Part shown: positions 18,951-31,102 of the stretch, piece after piece
How the letters are laid out: the number at the start of each line of letters is the position of its first letter
How positions within the stretch are numbered: position 1 is the stretch's first letter
DNA from: the human T2T-CHM13v2.0 reference genome, Homo sapiens
Assembly: GCF_009914755.1 (NCBI RefSeq)
Contig: NC_060947.1
Length of the DNA stretch: 64,000 nt
Reading direction: 5' to 3' (one strand)
The notes under the pieces: generated by a model
What the model saw: the letters and a program-made list of their open reading frames with translations, nothing else
The model's database searches: none
Told to the model about the DNA's origin: nothing
Position numbers and translations under genes: made by a program

Positions 18951-19383
18951 TATCTTTCAACTTTTATTGATTTTGAGTTGCTACTGAATTATTTGTCTCA
19001 ACATTCAATTCACGAATTGAATGTAATTTTATTTAGAAACTATAAATTCAGTATTTTAAAAAGTAAATATAAAGGTTACCTTTTGCAGGATAGTAACTCA
19101 AAGACAGCAATTGAGGTACAATTACTAACCTTTTTAGTGTTAGGGTTCAAATACTCATTAGATATTTTCTTTCAGGTAAGTATAAAGTCTTGAACATTTA
19201 GTAAAATTTTTCTTTATTCTTAGTACTCTTAGTTACTATAAGTGGCTACTGTAAGAGTAATGAAATCCTCTAAATTTCTAACGTATATTTCATAAATGAC
19301 TCTGCATTAAGATAATCCTTAAAATGGTTTTACATTGATATTATATACATACCTATGTATGTATATGTATATATATATTCTTA

Positions 19384-19470
19384 CTTTTTTCTATTTTTTA
19401 ATTGATATATCATAGTTGTACATATTTTGGGGGTACATGTGATATTTTGATACATGTATACAATGTGTAA
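19384..19470 (-). mobile_element. Short L1MA/PB 3'-end fragment
   Basis: 'ttgtacatattttgggggtacatgtgatattttgatacatgtatacaatgtgtaa'. Confidence 0.75.
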
Positions 19471-20249
19471 GAGATTCATATTTCACCTTAGCATGCTATA
19501 ATTTCTAAGAAGTATTTTTGAACCCAGAATTTCAAAGTGATAAAACATTATTAGGTGGAATAATTATTTGGGTATTACTACAGAAAGGCAAATTTTGCAG
19601 TGTACTTGAAGCCGCATGTATTTCATATGGAGTCAGACTCAAATTCCTATTTCTCTGAGTCCTTCCATCATAATTCCTAGGACTTCTGAATATTTATATT
19701 TCTGAATTTTATAACTATATTTTATTATTTACAATTTTATTTAAATATTTTATACACAATATATTACTGTTAATACCACAAACATTAAACATCAATCATC
19801 AATATGTTAATGTAAATACATTCTATAATATAAAGCAATATTTTAATTGTATTTATTGTCTTATTTTTATTTAAAACAAATTTTATTACTTTTTATTCTG
19901 TTCTTCATGTAAAAAAAGTGAACAAAATATTATCTTGTCTTATATTTTCCCTACTCTAATCAATTCCTTTTAAACTTATTTACCCAGGTATTCAGGCATA
20001 AACTAGACATATTTACCAAGGTCTTTTTTGTAAATAAATTTCTTCCTACTGGATTATTTTATTCATATTTAGTAACTGTTTCATTCATTTATACTATAGT
20101 GTTCATTAAGTTTGAATTTAAATGTATTTGGTATTCTAGTATATAATTCTATAAAAATATTCTGTTTTCTGAAATCAGCTTTACACAATTATAATACCCT
20201 CTTTAATATAACTGCAATGAACTTGTTTCGCAGGAGACAAAAATAAAAT

Positions 20250-20790
20250 AAAATCGTGTAGTGATTGACCATTCATGTTCAGCAAGCAGCTTATCTTGGA
20301 TTCTAATTCTGCCTCTGATGTCACTTAATTTCTGTTTTCTCATTTGTTAAATGAAAATAATAGCTCCTTTTTCAGAAAGTTGCTGCAAGACTTCAAGTTA
20401 AATGACAAAACATATAAAGTATCAAATAGAGTTGCTAGAAAATAGTAATCACTTCATTCAGTATAATTTACATTCAAAGAAACATGCTGTTCTTAAATAG
20501 ACGTTTCAGTGAACTTTGGCAAATGCATACATCTATGTAATGTACATGCCTACGTCAATATATAGACCATCTTAAACACTAGTTACACTTTCCAGTCTAT
20601 TCCCACTCTCCCCAGACACCAACAGTTTTAATTTCTATCACCATATGTTGGTTTTGCCCATTCTAGAACATCATATGAATTGAATTATACAGTATGTGCT
20701 TTTGACTATTCTTTTGCTTGGAATAATATTTTAAAGATTCATCCATGTTTTGTGTATATCGGTAACTTATTCCTTTTTATCACTGAATTT
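20250..20790. mobile_element. MIR followed by an old L1ME 3' fragment (minus)
   Basis: MIR core 'ctgttttctcatttgttaaatgaaaataat'; L1ME-like 'gttttgcccattctagaacatcatatgaattgaattatacagtatgt'. Confidence 0.6.
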
Positions 20791-21769
20791 CTATCATATA
20801 CTTTTGTCATTTGTTAGCAATATAACACCCCCAAATTATGCAAAACTATGCAAAGTATCTTTGATCCTTACAAATATAGTTTTGTAAAAATCACACGTGT
20901 ATCTTCTGTCTTTTTTCAGTTTTGTGTTGTGAGTTCAATTATGAATCCACAGTAGTTATTTTAAAAGTTATATTCTTTTCTCAATGATATTATTTGGAAT
21001 TACAATCAAAATGTATTTTCAGCCTACTGTAACTCATATTAAACCTTCCTCTGTTGGAATTTTCAGCAGTTCCAATATTTCCCCTGAGATGTCAAAGTGT
21101 TCCTGAAGTTCGACCGCATCTGAATATGCTCAGTTTCATCTTTCTTTACTCATATCAATTCCTAAGCCTCATATTATATTCCTCCAAGATTCCTTCTATG
21201 TCCATATCACTGACAAGTTTTTGTTGCATGGAATTGTAGAGTTGCAACTTCCATGAATTTCAATATTGCTATTTAATAATTGCAATTTGCTGACAAGGTT
21301 TGACCATTTTATCTGCCCTTAAGAACTTTCAGCCAAGTCTTTAACTCTTGTTGTCATTTAGCTTGTTTGTAAAATAAAGCAATTTTTTCTGTATTTATAT
21401 TTTAGTGTCCAAACCAGAACATTGTACTAACATGTATATTTTAACTGCTGTTTTGGTTTAAATAACATTTAAATCATGCAATTTTAAGTAATGTTTAGTG
21501 GTTCATTTGATTGAAAATAATTAATGGGTTTAGTTATTTATTAATGAGTTCCTCCAAAGGCTATGTTTTACCTTAATCATCTTCAAATTCCAATTATTAA
21601 GCAGGCAGATACCAGGGCACAATCAAGCTTATTGATTAGCTGATGCAAATACTCCCCGTTAGAGTTAACATAATTAAATTAAATTTAAAACATTTTGTTT
21701 ATATCTCCTCTATTCTGTTTACATTCTCCAAACTTCTAAGTAAGAATATACTATAAATAAAGAAGACAT

Positions 21770-22697
21770 TTCTGAAAGGACCCTGAAAAGCCAAAACAAT
21801 CTTGAGAAAGAAGAACAAAGCTGGATGCATCATACTTACTGATTTCAATATATATTACAAAGATAGAGTAATTAAAACAGTATGGCTCTGGCATAAAGAC
21901 AGACATATAGACTAGTGGAAGAGAGTAGAGATCCAGAAATAAGCCCATATATATATATGTTCAATTAATCTTCAACAGGGGTGCAAACAGTAGTTTCTTC
22001 AAAAACAGTACTGGGAAAACTGGATATCCATAAGCAAAATAATGGTATTAGACCCTTATATATCATACAAAAGTCAACTCAAAATAAATTAAAGACTTAA
22101 ACATAAAACCTGAAACTGTAAAACTCCTTGAGTAAAACATTGGGGAAATGCCTTGGTTTTTATTTTGTTTTGGAAAAATATTGGCCTGGTAATGAATTTT
22201 TGGATATGACACCAAAAGCATAGGCAACAAAATAAAAAAAAATTAGACAGCAGGACTACATAAAATCATAAAGTTTCTGCACAGCAAAGGAAACAACAGA
22301 GTGGAAGAAAACAGTTTCAAATCATAGAGCTGATAAGGGATTAATATACGGAATACATAAATAACTCCTACAGCTAAAAACAGCAATAAAACAATAATAA
22401 AGCAATTTAAAAATGAGAAAAGGACTTAAACAGATATTTATCCAAAGAAGACATACAAATGGCCAACAGAAATATGAAGAGATGCTCAACGTTACTAATT
22501 ATCAGGGAAATGCAAATCAGAAGCACAATGAAATATCACCTCACACCTTTAGAATGGCTGATATCAAAAAAACAAATTAAGTGTTGGCAAAAAATGTGGA
22601 GAAAATTGAACCCTTGTACACTATTGGTATAAATGTCAAATGGTGCAGCTGCTGTGGAAAACAGTATAAAGGTTTCTCAAAAAATTAAAAATAGAAC
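21770..22697 (+). mobile_element. L1MA (about L1MA8-10) ORF2 3' part, left half, interrupted by the provirus
   Basis: Decayed ORF2 text; 'aaaaatagaac' resumes as 'taccatatgatccag' after 29046. Confidence 0.92.
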
Positions 22698-23187
22698 TGA
22701 GAGGTGAAGCCAGCTGGACTTCTGGGTCGGGTGGGGAATGGAGAATTTTTCCGTCTTACAAGAGGATTGTAAAACACACCAATCAGCGCTCTGTGTTTAG
22801 AGGTTTGTAAAATGCACCAGTCAGCACTCTGTGGCTAGCTAGAGGTTTGTAAAATGGACCAATTAGCACTCTGTAAAATGGATCAATCCATGCTCTGTAA
22901 AATGGACCAATCAGTGCTCTGTAAAATGGACCAATTAGCAGGATTTGGGTGGGGACAAATAAAGGAATAAATGCTGGCCACCCCAGACAGCAGCAGCAAC
23001 CCGCTCGGGTTCCCTTCCACACTGTGGAAGCTTTGTTCTTCCGCTCTTCATAGTAAATCTTGCTGCTGCTCACTCTCTAGGTCCATGCCATCTTTAAGAG
23101 CTGTAGCACTCACTGCGAAGGTCCATGGCTCCATTCTTGAAGTCAGTGAGACCATGAACCCACTGGAAGGAACAAACTTCAGACACA
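22698..23187 (+). promoter_or_regulatory. 5' LTR (short LTR12, LTR12F-like) with a CCAAT repeat array
   Basis: Starts tgagaggtgaagccagc, has six 'aaaatg(g/c)accaatcagc'-type units, ends gacaca. Confidence 0.92.
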
Positions 23188-23189
23188 TC

Positions 23190-23208
23190 TTGGCAACCAC
23201 TAAAGGAC
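23190..23208 (+). other. Primer binding site, probably tRNA-Arg type
   Basis: 'tggcaaccactaaaggac' just after the 5' LTR, a variant of the HERV9/W-group TGGCRACCACGAAGGGAC. Confidence 0.7.
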
Positions 23209-23292
23209 TTTGCCACGTAGTACCATTAAACCCCTTTCACTTGCTATTCTGTCCTATTTTTCCTTAGAATTGAGGGGCTAAATACCAGGCAC

Positions 23293-24626
23293 TGGCCTCA
23301 GTATTCTCTCTCTGGGGAAAATGGCCACCTGAAGGGAGTATAAATTACAATACTATCCTGTAGCTTGATCTTCTCTGTAAGAGGGAAGGCAAATGGAGTG
23401 AAATACCTTATATCCAAACTTTCTTTTCATTGAAGGATAATCCACAACTATGCAAAGCTTACAATTTACATTCCACAGGAGGACCTCTCAGCTTACCTCC
23501 ATATCCTAGCCTCCCTATAGCTCCCCTATTAATGATAAGCCTCCTCTAATCTCCCCCACCCAGAAGGAAATAAGCAAAGAAGTCTCCAAAGGACCATAAA
23601 AAACCCTGGGTTATCAGTTATGTCCCCTTCAAGCTGTAGGGGGAGGGCAATTTGGTCCAATCCAGGTACATGTCCCCTTCTCCCTCTCTGATTTAAAGCA
23701 GATCAAGGTAGACCTGGGGAAGTTTTCAGATGATCCTGATAGGTAAATGGATGTCCTACAGGGTCTAGAGCAAACCTTTGACCTCACTTGGGGAGATGTC
23801 ATGCTATTGTCAGATCAAACTCTGGCCTTTAATAAAAAGAATGGCGGCTTTTACTGCAGCCTGAGAGTTTGGAGATACCTAGTATCTTAGTCAAGTAAAT
23901 GATAGAATGACAGCTGAAGAGAAGGACAAATTCCCTACCGGTCAGCAAGCCGCCCCAGTATGGATCCCCTCTGGGACCTTGACTCAGATCATGAGGACTG
24001 GAGTCGTAAACATCTGCTGACCTGTGTTCTAGAAGGACTAAGGAGAATTAGGAAAAAGCCCATGAATTATTCAATGATGTCCACCATAACTCAGGGAAAG
24101 GAAGAAAATCCTTCTGCCTTCCTCAAGCGGCTATGGGAGGCCTTAAGAAAATATATTCCCCTGTCACCCAACTCCCTTGAGGGTCCACTGATCCTAAAAG
24201 ATAAGTTTATTACCCAATCAGCCACAGATATCAGGAGAAAGCTCCAAAAGTGAGCCCTGGGCCCTGAACAAAATCTGGAGGCACTATTAAACCTGGCAAC
24301 CTTGGTGTTCTATAATAGGGTCCGAGAGGAACAGGCCAAAAAGGGAAAGCGAGATCAGAGAAAGTCTGCAGCCTTAGTCATGGCCCTCAGACAAACAAAC
24401 CTTGGTGGTTCAGAGAGGACAGAAAATGGAACAGGCCAATCACCCACTAGGGCTTGTTATCTGTGTGGTTTGCAAGGACACTTTAAAAAAGATTGTCCAA
24501 CAACAAACAAGCTGCCCCCTGGCCCATGTCCACTATGCTGAGGCAATCACTGGAAAGTGCACTGCCCCAGAGGACAAAGGTTCTTCACCAGAAGCCCCCA
24601 ACCAGATGATCCAACAACAGGACTGA
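23293..24626 (+). pseudogene. gag: HERV9 gag remnant (start deleted, stops and frameshifts)
   Basis: WPPEGSINYNTIL (MA), ITQGKEENPSAFL (major homology region), CYLCGLQGHFKKDC zinc knuckle. Confidence 0.93.
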
Positions 24627-24659
24627 GGGTGCCCAGGGCAAGCACCAGTTCATGTCATC

Positions 24660-26825
24660 ACCCTCACTGAGCCCCAGGTATGTTTAACCATTGAGGGCCA
24701 GGAAATTGACTTCCTCCTGGACACTGGCATGGCCTTCTCAGTGTTAATCTCCTGTCCCAGACAGCGGTCCTCAAGGTCTGTTACCATCTGAGGAATCCTG
24801 GGACAGCCTGTAACTGGGTATTTCTCCCACCTCCTCAGTTGTAATTGGGAAACTTTGCTCTTTTCACATGCCTTTCTTGTTACGCCTGAAAGTCCCACAC
24901 CCTTATTAGGGAGGGACATATTAGCCAAAGCTGGAGCTATTACCTATATGAATATGGGGGAACATGTTACCCATTTGTTGTCCCTTACTTGAAGAGAGAA
25001 TCAACCCTGAAGTCTGGGCATTGGAAGGACAATCTGGAAGGGCAAAAAATGCCTGCCCAGTTCAAATCAGGCTAAAAGACCCCACACCGCTTTTCCTTAT
25101 CAAAGGCAATATCCCTTAAGGCCTGAAGCTCATAAAGGATTACAGGATATTGTTAGACATTTAAAAGCTCAAGGCTTAGTAAGAAAATGAAGCAGTCCCT
25201 GCAACACCCCAATTCTAGGAGTACAAAAACCAAATGGTCAGTGGAGACTAGTGCAAGATCTTAGACTCATCAGTGAGGCAGTAATTCCTCCATATCCAGT
25301 TGTAACCAACCCCTATACCCTGTTCTCTCAAATACCAGAGGAAGCAGAATGGTTCACTGTTCTGGACCTCAAGGATGCCTTCTTCTGTATTCCCCTGCAC
25401 TCTGACTTCCAGTTTCTCTTTGCCTTCGAGGATCCCACAGACCCCATGTCCCAACTTACATGGACGGTCTTGCCCTAAGGGTTTAGGGATATCCCTCATC
25501 TGTTTGGTCAGGCACTGGCCCAAGATCTAGGCCACTTCTCAAGCCCAGGCACTCTGGTCCTTCAGTATGCAGATGATTTACTTTTGGCTACCAGTTCAGA
25601 AGCCTCATGCCAGCAGGCTACTCTAGATCTCTTGAATTTTCTAGCTAATCAAGGGTACAAGGTGTCTAAATCGAAGGCCCAACTCTGCCTACAACAAGTC
25701 AAATATCTAGGCCTAATCTTAGCCAGAGGAACCAGGGCCCTTAGCAAGGAATGAATACAGCCTATACTGGCTTATCTTTGCCCTAAGACCTTAAAACAGT
25801 TGCAGGGGTTCCTTGGAATCAACAGCTTTTGCTGACTATGGATCCCTGGATACAGCAAGATAGCCAGGACCCTTTATACTCTAATCAAGGAGACCCAGAG
25901 GGCAAATACTCATCTAGTAGAATGGGAACCAGAGGCAAAAACAGCCTTCAAAACCTTAAAGCAGGCCCTAGTACAAGCTCCAGCCTTAAGCCTTCCCACA
26001 GGACAAAACTTCTCTTTATACGTCACAGAGAGAGCAGGAATAGCTCTTGGAGTCCTTACTCAGACTCGTGGGACAACCCCACAACCAGTGGCATACATAA
26101 GTAAAGAAATTTATGTAGTAGCAAAAGGCTGGCCTCACTGTTTATGGGTAGTTGCAGCGGTGGCCATCTTAGTATCAGAGGCTATCAAAAAAATACAAGG
26201 AAAGGATCTCACCATCTGGACTACTCATGATGTAAATGGCATACTAGGTGCCAAAGAAAGTTTATGGCTATCAGACAGCCACCTGCTTAGATACCAGGCA
26301 CTACCTCTTGAGGGACTGGTGCTTCAAATATGCATGTGTGTGGCCCTCAACCCTGCCACTTTTCTCCCAGAGGATGGGGAACCAATCGAGCATGACTGCC
26401 AACAAATCATAGTCCAGACTTATGCCACCTGAGAGGATCTCTTAGAAGTTCCCTTACCTAATCCTGACCTTAACCTATATGCAGATGGGAGTTCATTTGT
26501 GGAGAATGGGATACGAAGGGCAGGTTATGCCATAGTTAGTGATGTAACAGTACTTGAAAGTAAGCCTCTTCCCCCAGGGACCAGCACCCAGTTAGCAGAA
26601 CTAGTGGCAGTTACCTGAGCTTTAGAACTGGGAAAGGAGAAAAGAATAAATGTGTATACAGATAGCAAGTATGCTTATCTAATCCTGCATGCCCATGCTG
26701 TAATATGGAAAGAAAGGGAGTTCCCAACCCCTGGGGGAAACCCCATTAAATACCACAAGGAAATCATGGAGTTATTGCCCAAGGAGGTGGCCGTCTTACA
26801 CTGTCAAAGCCATCAAAAAGGGGAA
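24660..26825 (+). pseudogene. pol: HERV9 pro-pol remnant (protease, RT, RNase H; integrase absent)
   Basis: FLLDTG protease motif near 24711; LDLKDAFF; LQYADDLL near 25560; LYADGSS and TDSKYA RNase H motifs; many stops. Confidence 0.93.
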
Positions 26826-26877
26826 GAAGAGGGGAGAATAGCAGCATAAGTGGCTGGCAGAGGCAGGGAAAGACCAG

Positions 26878-27172
26878 CAGAGAAGAAAGAGGGAGAGAGA
26901 AGGGAAAGACAGAAGTCAAAGAGAGAAGGGAAAGCCAGAAAGTCAAAGAGAGAGAGAGAGAGGAAGAGACAAAGAGACAAAGAGGGAGTCAAAAAGAGAG
27001 AGAAAGAAGAAGAGACAAAGAAGGAGTCAAAGAGAGAAGGAAAGAGAGAAAGAGACAGAGAGACAAAGAGGGAGTCAGAAAGAAGAGAAAGAGCATAAGA
27101 CAGAAAGTCAAAGAGAAGGAAAAAGAGAAGAGACAGATACAAAGAAAGAGAGAAAGAGATAGAAGTAGTAAA
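26878..27172. repeat. GA-rich purine tract inside the provirus
   Basis: Near-pure A/G with recurring 'gtcaaagagagaagg' units. Confidence 0.9.
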
Positions 27173-27177
27173 GATAA

Positions 27178-27650
27178 AACAGTGTACCCTATTTCTTTAA
27201 AAGCCAGGGTAAATTTAAAACCTATAATTGATAATTGAAGGTCTTCTCCATGACCCTATAACACTCCAGTACCACCTTGTGTCAGTGTATAAACAAGGGC
27301 ATAGCCTGAAAGCACTGAGGCCACTGACAACCCATAGCCTTCCTATCAAAAATCCTTAACCCAGCAGGTTTCCTAACAGGGGTTCTAAATCTTAATTACC
27401 ATACAAAGGTCCAACCAGACCTAGGAGGAACTCCCTTCAGGACAGGATGATAGATGGTTCCTCCTGGGTGATTAAGGGAAAAAGACACAATGGGTATTCA
27501 GTAAGTGATAAGGAAACTCTTGTAGAAGCAGAGTTAGGAAAATTGCCTAATAATTGGTCTGCTCAAGCGAGGGAGCTGTTTGCACTCAGTCAAACCTTAA
27601 AGTACTTACAGAATCAGGAGGAGCCATCTATACCAATTCTAAGTTAATAT
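27178..27650 (+). pseudogene. Second, collapsed pol/RNase H segment, HERV-I (HERVIP10)-like
   Basis: ORF 27447-27647 DGSSWVIKGKRHNGYSV...WSAQARELFALSQTLKYLQNQE is an RNase H N-terminus unlike the upstream one. Confidence 0.7.
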
Positions 27651-27739
27651 GGACTGGACAAGGTCTTATTAATAGCAAAGAATAATTGAAATCCCAAACT
27701 TACAAGGTTTTCAACAAAAGTAAAATTTCCTAAAAGTTA

Positions 27740-28470
27740 ACAGTGTAATATGTATTATCCTAACTTCTAATCTTGTGGAAATCAGACCCTATCAGTGCCC
27801 CTCAAAGCTCAAGTCTGTCAGCACAGGGCCATACAACTAATACCCCTACTTATAGGGTTAGGAATGGCCACTGCTACAGGAACTGGAATAGCCCGTAGGA
27901 TAGTGAAGCAGATAAACTACCACACACTCTCAAAAGATTTCTCAGTTTACAAGAAATAACAAAATCTATCCTTACTCTACAATCCCAAATAGACTCTTTG
28001 GCAGCAGTTGACTCTCCAAAACCACCGAGGCCTAGACCTCCTCACTGCTGAGAAAGGAGGACTCTGCACCTTCTTAGGGGAAGAGTGTTGTTTTAGTCAG
28101 GGATAGTAGGAGATGCCACTTGGAGTTTACAGGGAAAGGATTCTGAAACAAGACAACGCCTTTCAAACTCTTATACCAACCTCTGGAGTTGGGCGACATG
28201 GCTTCTCCCCTTTCTAGGTCCTGTGGCAGCCATCTTGCTATTACTCGCCTTCGGACCCTGTATTTTTAACCTCCTTGTCAAACTTGTTACCTCCAGGATT
28301 GATGCCATGAAGCTACAGATGGTCTTACAAATGGAACCCCAAATGAGCTCAATTCACAACTTCTACCGAGGACCCCTGGACCAACCCACTGACCTTTTGG
28401 CTGGCCTAGAGAGTTCCCTCTGGAGGACACTACCACTGCAGGGCCCCTTCTTTGCCCCTATCCAGTAGGA
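27740..28470 (+). pseudogene. env: env remnant: TM subunit with only the end of SU
   Basis: Fusion peptide AIQLIPLLIGLGMATATGTGIA; immunosuppressive domain (ISD) [17 protein letters not shown] and CTFLGEECC at 28014-28091; FGPCIFNLLVK tail. Confidence 0.92.
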
Positions 28471-28535
28471 AGTAGCTAGAGCTGTAATTGGCCAATTGCC
28501 AACAGCAATTGGGGTGTCCTGTTTAAAGGGGGGAT

Positions 28536-29042
28536 TGAGAGGTGAAGCCAGCTAGACTTCTGGGTCGGGTGGAGTCTTGGAGAAATTTTCTGTCTTACAA
28601 GAGGATTGTAAAATGCACCAATCATCACTCTGTAGCTAGGATTGTAAAACGCACCAATCAGCCTCTGTGATTAGCTAGAGATTTGTAAAATGCTCCAATC
28701 AGTGCTCTGTAAAAATGCACCAATCAGTGCTCTGTGGCTAGCTGGAGGTTTGTAAAATGGACCTATCAGCACTCTGTAGAATGGACCAATCAACAGGACA
28801 TGGGTGGGGACAAATAAGGGAATAAAAGCTGACCACCCCAGCCAGCAGTGGCAACCCGCTCAGGTCCCCTTCCACACTGGGGAAGCTTTGTTCTTTCACT
28901 CTTCACAATAAATCTTGCTGCTGCTCACTCTTTGGGTCCATGCCATCTTTAAGAGCTGTAGCACTCACTGAAAAGGTCCACGGCTCCATTCTTGAAGTCA
29001 GCGAGACCACGAACCCACTGGAAGGAACAAACTCTGGACACA
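28536..29042 (+). promoter_or_regulatory. 3' LTR (LTR12F-like), preceded by a polypurine tract
   Basis: PPT aaaggggggat at 28525-28535; CCAAT array; AATAAA at 28907-28912. Confidence 0.92.
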
Positions 29043-29600
29043 GAACTACCATATGATCCAGGAATCCCACTTCTGAGTATTTATAGAAAAGAATTGAAAT
29101 CAAGATCTTGAAGAGATATCTGCACTCTTAATTTCATTGCAGCATTATCCAAAATAGTAAAGATATGGAAACATCCTAAATGCCTACCAATAGATAAATG
29201 AATAAATATGGTTGGTATATACAAACAATAGAATATTATTCAGCCTTAAAAAAGGAGGAAATATCACCATATGCAACAACATGGATGAAACTTAAGAGCA
29301 TAATGCTTAGTGAAATAAGCAAGTCACAGAAGGACAAATACTGCATGATTATACTTTTATGAGGTATCTTACATAGTCAAACTCATAGTGGCAAAGCACT
29401 GAGTGGTTGTGCTAAGGGCTAAAAAGAGGAAAAAATGGGCAGCTGCTATTCAACCAGTATAAAGTTTCAGTTATGCAAGATGAATAAGTCTAGAGATCTG
29501 CTGTACAACATTGTGGCTATAGTTAACAAGTCTCTGTTGACCTTTAAAAATTTAAGAGGATACGTCTCATGTTAAATATCTTTACCACAATAACAGAATT
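29043..29600 (+). mobile_element. L1MA 3' end, right half
   Basis: 'aaagtttcagttatgcaagatgaataagtctagagatctgctgtacaac' is an L1MA-type 3'UTR. Confidence 0.9.
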
Positions 29601-29604
29601 GGAA

Positions 29605-29800
29605 AAACTTGGATGGGATACTGAAATTTACTAACTGTGTACCCTGGACAAATTGTGTCAACTAGTGTTCTTTTTTAAAAAATTAAACTGAGGGTCATCA
29701 CAATACTTCTTCACGGGGTTATTATGTTGGTTAAATGAGATAATTCATGTAATGTGGTTTCACCTAGGGTAGCAAGCGTTCTATACATGTCAGTTTTTAG
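29605..29800 (+). mobile_element. MIR
   Basis: 'tactaactgtgtaccctggacaa...ggttattatgttggttaaatgagataattcatgtaa'. Confidence 0.7.
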
Positions 29801-31067
29801 TGATCAATATTACCACTCCTACTACTATTATTACTGCTTGTACTATTACTGTTATTATTATATATTAAAATGCACCCAAGTGACAGTACAAAGAGTACAT
29901 CTGGTTGTTTACATAAATAATTTTAGGATTCAGGAGTGAAGTTTATATGTCTGAAGTCTATGCAGAGGAATGTCCAGATCCTTAAAGAATAGGTCCTATA
30001 ATCACATTGGATTTTAGTCTTGAAATGAAAAGATCTGTTGAGAACTGAGTTCAGTAAGACTCATAATTTTCAAGCATCAGTCTGAAACGTCAGACACAGC
30101 TGGGTTGGAATAATATATAGCTTGAGACAGTACTGAATCACTTACACATTCAAGCAAAAAGGTAAGACAGTTACATGTCTCTTAAAACTTCAGAATGACT
30201 AAATCTTGTCACGGACATGTCCCTATATAGTGAAAACGTCATAACTGTTACCAAGTTGCATGAAATTAAAAGATGCATAAGTTTATCCTTATAGCAAACA
30301 TAGACTTTTTTATTTAAACCATAACTATATCTAGACCTGTAATGCTCTTAGAATTTCTTTCTACTTATCACTAGAGAGATACACATAGACAGATTAAGAC
30401 AATCTTTGACTTCATTTGTTACAGTAACAAAGTGGAAAATAAAATGTGTAACAAGAAAATTAATAATTATTGAAAATATATTAAACTAAAAACTGTTTTT
30501 TCAAAAGGAAGGCCATAAAATTAATTATACGTAGTGACAATCTACAATCCATTAGAAGAAGTTATGTGTTGAAAGAAACTTGAATGGATATAGTTCCTGT
30601 TCTGTGAATCCACAGTAACACTAATAACCTGGTATAAATTTCTTACAGAAGAAAAGAAATACAAAGGATCCCATGGCCATTCCACATATATACATAGGAA
30701 CAAGATGTAGCGATCCTCTGAGCATGTAAGACTTCCAAAGACTCTAAAATAAAGCCCCAATTAATTGCATATTGGGCATTAGGTGGCAATATAAGCTTAA
30801 TTTAGTGAGACAAAAGAGAAGTTTGATAATTTGTGTCATTTTTAGCAAACATGAAGAAATAAATTATTTCTCAAGAGTCATTGGTCAAAATTGCTATAAT
30901 TTCAGAAGTGAGTGGTAAAGGCTGGCTAAGGGCAGACTATAAGGAATCTTTTTGCGTGGAATAGGCATCCGACACATATTTCATGATTGAATACGAGGAA
31001 CCAATGAAGAAAAGCAAAAGTTATTGAGGTCAAGTTAAACAGTGATATCAAATTTGGGGGAGAATTG

Positions 31068-31069
<2 letters not shown>

Positions 31070-31098
<29 letters not shown>
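31070..31098. repeat. (CA)14 microsatellite
   Basis: Directly visible. Confidence 0.95.

Positions 31099-31102
<4 letters not shown>

Larger units (their letters stand above)
22698..29042 (+). mobile_element. Defective HERV9 (ERV9)-family provirus with two LTR12-type LTRs
   Basis: LTR-PBS-gag-pro-pol-env-PPT-LTR order; TG...CA termini; 4-bp TSD GAAC at 22694-22697 and 29043-29046. Confidence 0.95.

Noticed and set aside
21227-21256. Small hairpin catggaa...ttccatg as a possible miRNA
   Set aside because: Stem is too short and expected by chance in AT-rich DNA
22765-22940. CRISPR-like or novel spaced repeat array
   Set aside because: It is the normal LTR12 U3 CCAAT tandem array in eukaryotic DNA, with no unique spacers
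26764-27142. K/R/E-rich and L/S/F-rich ORFs
   Set aside because: Translations of the GA tract on the two strands
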